From assembly GCA_049511795.1 (NCBI GenBank), contig JBEKXS010000001.1:321497-385496 (forward strand): a stretch of 64,000 bases of DNA. Reading direction: 5' to 3'. The position numbers and the translations under genes were made by a program. How positions within the stretch are numbered: the first letter of the stretch is position 1; every line of letters begins with the position of its first letter. The stretch is from Candidatus Pacearchaeota archaeon. Lineage in GTDB: Archaea > Nanobdellota > Nanobdellia > Pacearchaeales > GW2011-AR1. A model generated the notes under the pieces. It saw only the letters and a list, made by a program, of their open reading frames with translations, did not search any database and was not told the DNA's origin. Positions 58,101 through 64,000 of this stretch are shown here, one piece after another.

Positions 58101-61100
58101 AATTTGTCATAAGCAGTAATGAAAAACTTATAAACATCCCATTAAGCGGAGAAACATTCTCTCAATTACAAAATGTTAAAGGACTTTCTCTTCCTGGAAC
58201 CACACCTGTTCAGCTTTATAGAGATCAAGTTACTGGCCAAAATTATCTTTTAGTTTTGAATAGCGCCAATGTTATAACACAAACATATCAAATAGCAGGT
58301 GATGGAACATTGAGCATAGTTAATCAAAATATTGCAAATCCATTAAAGCTTAATCCTGTTACAGCTAATTCATTTAATAACAAATACTTGAATCCAACCG
58401 TTCAATATTTTGAAACAGGACAGTATGCTGGATTGCCTGCAATTGTTCCATTTGATATCCAAAATGGTTGGTATGCCGCAATAAAATCAAATCTTCCAAA
58501 TATTCCAGTAGTTGGCACTACAGGTAATATAAATTCTTACGAATCTTCCACAAGAGTTTCAAGTTTTTTTATCTGCAATGTTGGTCAAAATGGCAAAGAG
58601 GATAATATGGGTGTAGATGACAATTGTGAACAGTTCACTCCAGGTTCAAGCCAGCAGCCACCTCTTTTCTCAGGCGCTTTGACAGCAACACAGTCCCAGG
58701 CATTAGAAACAAAAGCCATAAATGCAATCCAGCAGGCAACATCACAGAAAAAATCAGGCATTACTCAGATAGCAATAAATGGTGTAGGAAAGATAAATGT
58801 AGGCCAACCATCTGCAGGCACACCTGCTATACAATGTGAAGACTTTGAGTCTCCAAGTGATTGCAACATTTTGTTCAATGTTTGTGACCCTGTCATATGC
58901 CCTTCGAGCAGATGCAATTTAGGGGGTGCATATACTGTTCAGGACGTGATACAGTCAGGAATAATTGGGAGCCTTGCACTTTGCTATCCAAATTTCCCAC
59001 AAATAAAAATTCCAATTTGTTTGTCAGGAGTTAATGCTGGATTGCAAGGTTATATCAGTGTTTTAAAATCCTATCAACAATGCCTGCAAACTAACCTAAA
59101 TACAGGTCAACAAGTAGGAATCTGTGATGAAGTCAATAGTGTTTATCAATGCCAATTCTTTTGGAAGCAACTTATACCTGTTGTGAATTATGCTCTTCCA
59201 AAAATAGCTGGAAATGTTTTAGGACAAAATTCAGGGACGGGTGGCGGAGAATATTTAGCAGGTACAGATGCTCTGACAAATGCACAGAAATCAGTTGATT
59301 ACTTCAGCCAATATTATGCTGCAAATTCATACAAAGCTTTCCAGGAAAGGTCAACAGAAAGTGTTGGAGATTCTGTTTGCCAGAACTTTATGTCTCTTTC
59401 AACACCAAATGGAGGAAATCTTTTTGATGCGTTAATCACGCCTGATTCGCCTGTGCAATTCTATGGACAATTTAATGAAGCTCCTTATACAACTGCAACA
59501 AATCCACCAACATCACAATACAATGTTTTCTATCATATTTATGCAGGAACAGATTTCCCTGCTTACTATCAGGTTTATCTGAAGGGTTCTGCAAGTTCAT
59601 TTTATCAAGATACCGGAGTGAGCAGAGTTGTTGCAACAGGTGTAGTTCCTGTTGGGCAATTTATGACTAACACAAGTGTATTCACAGCCCCTTCTGGTTA
59701 TCAGCAATTGTGCATTGTAGTTAATGGGCAAGAACAATGCGGCTTCAAACAGGTAACAACTGATTTTGGAGTTAATTATGTGCAGCAGCAATATCTTTCT
59801 TCCCAAGCATCGCAGACAAATATAACCTCTCAAGCAAACTGTAACTCTGGAACACCAAGTCTTTATAGTTTATTAAATCCAAATGCACAAGCAGGTGTTA
59901 CAAATGCTGCAAATCCTGCAATTTACAACCAGGGAATAATAAGAATATGTTCTACAAATAATCCAGCACAGGGAACAGACCCAAACTGGAATACACCAAA
60001 TGCAAGATGGCAGAAAGTTGGTTATTGTGATACACAAAATATTGGATGCTGGCTTGATACACAAAGCGTTTCAAATGTAATACAAAACCAAAATATTCTG
60101 AATGCAACATTACAACCAGTAACTTCACAATTTGTAAATGCTTTGCAGGCTCAAAATGGATTCTTTGATAATCAAGGATTCTCTTCTTATTTATTGTCTT
60201 TGGATACGTTGAGAGATCAACATCAGGATTCTCAGATAATATCATCAATAACACAAAATCTTTCAAAAGCTTCATTGAGTATTCAGAAAGCAGAGTTATA
60301 TTTGAGAAGAGGGAATGCTTATGGTGATATATCACTTGCAGGAAATCCAAATGCGCCTTCTCCTCCTGTAAACCCAAATGCTAAACCAGATGGTGCTAGC
60401 TGTGCTCAAGCCTCAGATTGTCAGTCAAATTATTGTGATCAGACTGCAAGTCCACCTACATGTTCTTCGCCAACTCTTCCAACAATAAATGTAAATTCTG
60501 GAACGAGTTTTGAATCACCAGTATTCCAATTCCATGATGGTACAGTATACATTAAATATGTAAGTGGGTCTTCTAACCTTTATTATAAATTCACAAATGG
60601 GCAATGGTACTGGTCTTCTGACCAAAATAATTGGTTTAATACTGTTGCAAGTCCAACAGAACAATCACAATCTGGTTTACCTGGCGCAACACTTTCATCA
60701 ACAAATCAATATTTCATTACAAATTTATTAAATAATTACGGAACTTCATATTCTGGAGGATTATCTCAGTTATTAAAAAGAACTACTGATAATAAAGAGG
60801 GAGTTTTTGGCACTTCACTTACTACAGATAATGTACAATTTTCTAATGATGGAACTTTTACAGTTAATGGAATTCATATGTCACCTGGATCTTTCCCATT
60901 ACAAACAAAATTCAGATTTTCATACACACAAAATCAATGGCAATGGTCCCCTGCGAGCGCTAATGACTGGACATCTGTATCTCAGTATGCAATACAGGGA
61001 ACAAGTGGGGATACATTTTCAGGCCAGTTAGCGAAAGGAGATGTTAATACTTTATTAAATGCTTTAAATGCTATGCAGGGCAGTGATGCTTATGCACAAG

Positions 61101-61861
61101 GAGCCGCAGTAATTTTTAGTATAGATGCACCAAACTCAATAATCTCTTCTGGAACACAAACTGGAACAGGAAATACTGGAGGAAGTTCAAGTGGGACTAC
61201 AGGAACAACTGGAACAGGAAATATTATTTCATGCACAGATCAGCAAAGTTGTCAAACTGCATTGCAACAAAGAGTTGGTTCAACTTCTATTACATGTGTG
61301 AATACACTCGATTGCCAAAATAAATTATCAGAAAGAATACAAGGAGAAAAAATCCTTCAATTAGCAGAGCAAATTAAACAAAACTTTCCTGGCATTTCTG
61401 ATTCAGATGTGCAAAGCCAGACTGGCGCACAATCATTTGAATGCCTTGCCTTGCAAATTTCAATGACAGAAAGCGGGATGCACCAATGTGCTTTATATTT
61501 TGACTCAAATGGAAACCCCCTGTATTGTGAAGGAAATCCGGATGAAGTTATTTTCAATGGGAATGGTAATGAAGGCAGTTTTGGAATAATGCAAATAAAT
61601 TCAAAAGTTCATACAGATATATCAACTAGTGATTTAAGCTACTTGGATAAAGATGTAAACTATGGATTAAATCTTTTAATAAGTGGATATAATGCACAAT
61701 CAACAAACTTATACTCAACATGTATCCCAGGCCAAACTTATATAGGATGGAACAGGGCAATTAGAAATTATAATGGTTGGGGTTGCCAAAATCCAGGGTA
61801 TGTAGATTCTGTTGAGGGTGCAAGAAGTAAAGTTGGTTTGTTATTCCCTCAATGCGCTTAG
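55103..61861 (+). CDS. giant (2252 aa) secreted surface protein with Cys-rich module and C-terminal lysozyme-like/lytic transglycosylase (SLT) domain
   Basis: Sec-type signal (..FVSFVSAQG); N/Q/S/T-rich beta-like repeats; Cys cluster about residues 1240-1330; C-terminal MTESGMHQC...SFGIMQINSKVH...LLISGYNAQ matches the SLT E-S / G-L-M-Q / A-Y-N-x-G motifs. Confidence 0.7.
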   Translation: MKKKMSKKERILTRKNFSAIPIIGLFLILTLFFVSFVSAQGSYVRAAPAYTYGQQTSSFFGLQNYPQIDPNMCNNRQDFILQVDPLGCTPSVVTSDLLGQQNVPVFCPIVATQLNPLMSVNAINNMILTQQPGTSFSNNIAGVNYFPAQAALGQYNPSITSQYLGNIGYATIVLRQQPNESAMPSFVQGNITAQISYNIQNAFGVGNAAYYLQTLNDSDFNNNINAYSFWNGKGFVRLDSADNTGATVSIYSGVSGAASQSTAKQKIATLNLKPGETSSDVYLPGFGLCMGGLKVQLNDLENPDTVAKIVVDSNVVDLKAGDSFLDGKCTVNTITKYGINQNVQISCSEDQQHSSFALGINPKINLTISNPTMGTVTRPYSVGDHLFDFQDGSKTYGVYLGFIGNNGKTGSINDAYLWLLTVPSDVSTETSLSNDEVASIASLDSHLVTPTVGQGFWGAAITIGSDLLRGAGQGIKTIVTGKGLTPISYSSSGTSVGGTNIQILGYAGAYNADISKLPGNVFTSYTNAMNDYQTIVQNYGGETSATGSSQTTYGEQALEQEINLAGSFNQKKTALQLCQQYSQSYGPAPDNICNDPVLLSSTSTSEQSVIINGQTHTISFEGITAPSFDQFGVKLTIGYPNNGVPITVTLQKNQIYYVNETTGEYIQLTDLTPTSATFTTNLVLAGTTLQNIKNFASSTGSHTLKVGTQDNFGGAYTFAIQQINLQQVAKVSIQSDINYAHSNASFSFKIGIEKSAIQLTPNQTKQRISDLNKTINQWQSLQNDLNTVVKVGKTACLITEVGLLAKNFVANLGGAGVARQAVMRNSGGWDDKCAAMVKAGQYTSVENCLQANSAAVDASVNTYDAQVQAQNQNIQTLSQGLPTTTVAGEKVADSGQLFNKINSSVITGLSNNANAISSNGQIKVGNQNVNIADAAQRINSNTATLSQVEQLQLNLGLINSNDPTVKAVAQNQVQNILGQIYSNSNLYTQQNDLTKQYGAQFVISSNEKLINIPLSGETFSQLQNVKGLSLPGTTPVQLYRDQVTGQNYLLVLNSANVITQTYQIAGDGTLSIVNQNIANPLKLNPVTANSFNNKYLNPTVQYFETGQYAGLPAIVPFDIQNGWYAAIKSNLPNIPVVGTTGNINSYESSTRVSSFFICNVGQNGKEDNMGVDDNCEQFTPGSSQQPPLFSGALTATQSQALETKAINAIQQATSQKKSGITQIAINGVGKINVGQPSAGTPAIQCEDFESPSDCNILFNVCDPVICPSSRCNLGGAYTVQDVIQSGIIGSLALCYPNFPQIKIPICLSGVNAGLQGYISVLKSYQQCLQTNLNTGQQVGICDEVNSVYQCQFFWKQLIPVVNYALPKIAGNVLGQNSGTGGGEYLAGTDALTNAQKSVDYFSQYYAANSYKAFQERSTESVGDSVCQNFMSLSTPNGGNLFDALITPDSPVQFYGQFNEAPYTTATNPPTSQYNVFYHIYAGTDFPAYYQVYLKGSASSFYQDTGVSRVVATGVVPVGQFMTNTSVFTAPSGYQQLCIVVNGQEQCGFKQVTTDFGVNYVQQQYLSSQASQTNITSQANCNSGTPSLYSLLNPNAQAGVTNAANPAIYNQGIIRICSTNNPAQGTDPNWNTPNARWQKVGYCDTQNIGCWLDTQSVSNVIQNQNILNATLQPVTSQFVNALQAQNGFFDNQGFSSYLLSLDTLRDQHQDSQIISSITQNLSKASLSIQKAELYLRRGNAYGDISLAGNPNAPSPPVNPNAKPDGASCAQASDCQSNYCDQTASPPTCSSPTLPTINVNSGTSFESPVFQFHDGTVYIKYVSGSSNLYYKFTNGQWYWSSDQNNWFNTVASPTEQSQSGLPGATLSSTNQYFITNLLNNYGTSYSGGLSQLLKRTTDNKEGVFGTSLTTDNVQFSNDGTFTVNGIHMSPGSFPLQTKFRFSYTQNQWQWSPASANDWTSVSQYAIQGTSGDTFSGQLAKGDVNTLLNALNAMQGSDAYAQGAAVIFSIDAPNSIISSGTQTGTGNTGGSSSGTTGTTGTGNIISCTDQQSCQTALQQRVGSTSITCVNTLDCQNKLSERIQGEKILQLAEQIKQNFPGISDSDVQSQTGAQSFECLALQISMTESGMHQCALYFDSNGNPLYCEGNPDEVIFNGNGNEGSFGIMQINSKVHTDISTSDLSYLDKDVNYGLNLLISGYNAQSTNLYSTCIPGQTYIGWNRAIRNYNGWGCQNPGYVDSVEGARSKVGLLFPQCA

Positions 61862-61920
61862 ATTAATTCTTGATTTAAATTTCTAAAGCTTTTTATACAG
61901 ACAGAAAGTTGTAAATCCAA

Positions 61921-62004
61921 GCGGAGATGCCGGAGTGGTCAAACGGGTCAGGCTTAGGACCTGATAGCTTAGTGCTTACCTAGGTTCGAATCCTAGTCTC
62001 CGCA
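61921..62004 (+). tRNA. tRNA-Leu (anticodon TAG), long variable arm
   Basis: Manual fold: acceptor GCGGAGA/TCTCCGC, anticodon stem TCAGG/CCTGA, loop CTTAGGA, extra arm, T-loop TTCGAAT; followed by a T6 run. Confidence 0.8.
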
Positions 62005-62014
62005 TTTTTTAGAA

Positions 62015-62953
62015 TTATTTTGTCTTTACTCTTATCTCGTTTTCTTTTTGCTTTATCTTTTCCTCTAAATCAAGCTTTTCTATTAGCTCTTTGTAACGGT
62101 TTCTTATTGTGACTTCTGTTATTCCTGCAATGTCTGCAACTTCTCTTTGCGTCTTTTTCTCGTCGTTAATGAGGGCTGCGACATACAAAGCAGCAGCAGC
62201 AATTCCTGCAGGCCCACGGCCAGAAGTCAATTCAACATCTTCTGCACGCTTCAAAACCTTTAAAGCATCATTCTGTGTTTTTGGAGAAAGTTTTAGAACA
62301 GATGAGAATCTTGAGATGTAGTCTTTTGGAGAACTCTGATTTACCTTTATTCCAAGCTTTCTTATGATGAACCTGTATGTTCTTCCGATTTCTTTTCTTT
62401 CAACATCAGAAGCTGTTGCCATTTCATCAAGTGTTCTTGGAATGTTGTATGACCTGCAAGCTGCATAAAGACAAGCTGCTATAACTGATTCCATAGATCT
62501 TCCACGAACAAGACCACGCTGAAGAACATAATTGTAGATTCTTGCTGCATCATCTCTTATTACATTTGGCAGATTCAAGTAAGATGAAATAACCCTAAGC
62601 TCTGCCATTGCAAGCCTAAGATTTCTTTCAATGCTTGTTGAAACACGCTCTTGCCATTTTTTAAGCCTAAGGAATTTTCTTGTTTGCTTTGGTTCAAGCC
62701 TATAGATATCTGAAATTTCTCCAACGTTTGTTGTAAGACCTTTGTCAAATTTCTGGATGCTTGTTGGAGCTCCACCACGTCCTTTTTTCTCGCTTTTATC
62801 AAACTTTCCCTGCAGATCAACACCTGTGTCCACCATCTTTTCTTCGACGACAAGACCACAGTCATTGCAGATAACTTCTCCCAAATGAGAATCATAAGTA
62901 AGATTAATGCTTCCACATTCAGGACATTTTCTTATAGAAGATGATGCTGGCAT
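62015..62953 (-). CDS. tfb: transcription initiation factor TFB (TFIIB)
   Basis: N-terminal zinc ribbon CPECGS..CNDCG and two cyclin-like repeats. Confidence 0.92.
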   Translation of the reverse strand: MPASSSIRKCPECGSINLTYDSHLGEVICNDCGLVVEEKMVDTGVDLQGKFDKSEKKGRGGAPTSIQKFDKGLTTNVGEISDIYRLEPKQTRKFLRLKKWQERVSTSIERNLRLAMAELRVISSYLNLPNVIRDDAARIYNYVLQRGLVRGRSMESVIAACLYAACRSYNIPRTLDEMATASDVERKEIGRTYRFIIRKLGIKVNQSSPKDYISRFSSVLKLSPKTQNDALKVLKRAEDVELTSGRGPAGIAAAALYVAALINDEKKTQREVADIAGITEVTIRNRYKELIEKLDLEEKIKQKENEIRVKTK

Positions 62954-63083
62954 TTTTTGATGATTTTTTAGATTTTAGTTTAATAGAACATGCATTTAGA
63001 CAAATATTTTTAAATGTTTTGGTTATATAAACCTTTTGATTTTTTCCGACGAGGCTGGTTTCTGCCTTTTTAAGAATTACGGT

Positions 63084-63443
63084 TTATTCAACTAAAACAC
63101 CATTAACCATTCCTTCCTGTGAAGGTCGGTTTGTTATTCTGACTTTGCCTTTGTCTGTCTGGACAATGTTTCCTTTGCTCAGTATGTTTTGTCTTGCCAA
63201 GAATCTGTTTGATGGAGTTTCAAGAACATTTTTTATCTCAAGCTTTTCTGTTTTTTTTCCTATTTTTACATTAACCATATTTCCTTTCAGTAAAAATGTT
63301 TTAAGGTTTCCACCAAGAACTTTCTGGGTTTTTCTTTTTTCTGTTCCAAGCTTAACATCTCTTTTTTGGCCTTTCAGCTCGTAAAGTCTTTTCTTTCTGC
63401 CTTTCTTGTACTTACCACCAGATATTTTTCTTCCGTGCTTCAT
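63084..63443 (-). CDS. ribosomal protein eS8 (S8e)
   Basis: GRKISGGK..KKR N-terminus and C-terminal RITNRPSQEGMVNGVLV block. Confidence 0.8.
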   Translation of the reverse strand: MKHGRKISGGKYKKGRKKRLYELKGQKRDVKLGTEKRKTQKVLGGNLKTFLLKGNMVNVKIGKKTEKLEIKNVLETPSNRFLARQNILSKGNIVQTDKGKVRITNRPSQEGMVNGVLVE

Positions 63444-63561
63444 ATGAGAAAGTCAGGTTTTTCGTTTAAATATGTTTCTGTCAATGTTTTAGTGCGTCGA
63501 TATGATTAAACAGAAAAATTTTTAACGAAATATTTATAAACAATTTTTGTAAAGATAGTTT

Positions 63562-63813
63562 ATGGTTAATGGAATTGAAAGACCTTTGGATTTGCTTAAC
63601 AACTCCAAGGGGAAAGAAGTGTTAGTCCATTTGAAAGGAGATAAACAGTTTGTCGGAACTTTGTTGGCATTTGATATACATATCAACCTTGTTCTTGACA
63701 ACATAAAGGAAATGGAAAACAATGAGATAAAAAGAAATCTCGGTTTGACATTCCTTAGGGGAGATACGATAATCTTCATTTCTCCTGCTTCTACTGCTTT
63801 AAAAAAAGAATAG
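63562..63813 (+). CDS. archaeal Sm-like protein (SmAP/LSm)
   Basis: Sm1/Sm2 motifs (VLVHLKGDKQFVGTLLAFDIHINLVL; LGLTFLRGDTIIFI). Confidence 0.8.
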   Translation: MVNGIERPLDLLNNSKGKEVLVHLKGDKQFVGTLLAFDIHINLVLDNIKEMENNEIKRNLGLTFLRGDTIIFISPASTALKKE

Positions 63814-63908
63814 GCGTTTTTAATTTAATTTTCGCAAATTAATTGCGGATTAAACATAGTCAGCGCTTTCTTAAGTTACCTTTATTAATTATAATTCCTT
63901 AATAAAAA

Positions 63909-64000
63909 TATGACAGAAAAAATAAAAATTACATTTTTAGGAACAAGTGACGCAATTCCTACAGCAGAAAGAAACCATACATCTATTTGGCTGAATTTTG
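63909..64000 (+). CDS. ribonuclease Z / metallo-beta-lactamase fold protein, 3'-truncated at window edge
   Basis: N-terminal ITFLGTSDAIPTAERNHTSIWL matches the tRNase Z start. Confidence 0.55.

Overview
This 64-kb window is AT-rich, compact and gene-dense, and looks like a DPANN-type archaeal genome with many overlapping start and stop codons. Archaeal information-processing genes dominate: PolD large subunit (5'-truncated), TyrRS, RadA, RPA, aEF-1beta, aIF2alpha, TFB, SRP54, FtsY, Nop10, an Sm protein, ribosomal proteins S15/S13e, S3Ae, L44e and S8e, Hef/XPF, a RecJ/GAN-like DHH protein and Bud32. Five tRNAs are present; the tRNA-Thr carries an anticodon-loop intron. Accessory content falls in three blocks. 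(1) 15.6-25.5 kb: an archaeal type IV pilus-like locus with a FlaI/PilB-type ATPase, a FlaJ/PilC-type membrane platform, nine proteins with class III (prepilin) signal peptides and an A24 prepilin peptidase. (2) 35.1-43.4 kb: a mobile/defence island with IS6- and IS5-family transposases, a C5-cytosine MTase, a frameshifted restriction-endonuclease candidate, a second (N4/N6) MTase, and a bacterial-type DprA + ComF-like PRTase pair. The cargo is bracketed by a long-range inverted repeat. (3) 53.1-61.9 kb: a 609-aa protein with a prepilin-type signal followed by a 2252-aa secreted giant protein whose C-terminus carries a lysozyme-like (lytic transglycosylase, SLT) domain. The genes for the 609-aa and giant proteins, lying directly downstream of the pilus locus, are the best candidate here for an undescribed cell-surface or host-interaction system. 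Other oddities are a FmrO/ArmA-like 16S rRNA methyltransferase homolog, an arginase-fold protein with degenerate metal ligands, Hef helicase and nuclease modules split by one in-frame stop, and a HIT protein lacking the nucleophilic His. No CRISPR array and no rRNA were found.
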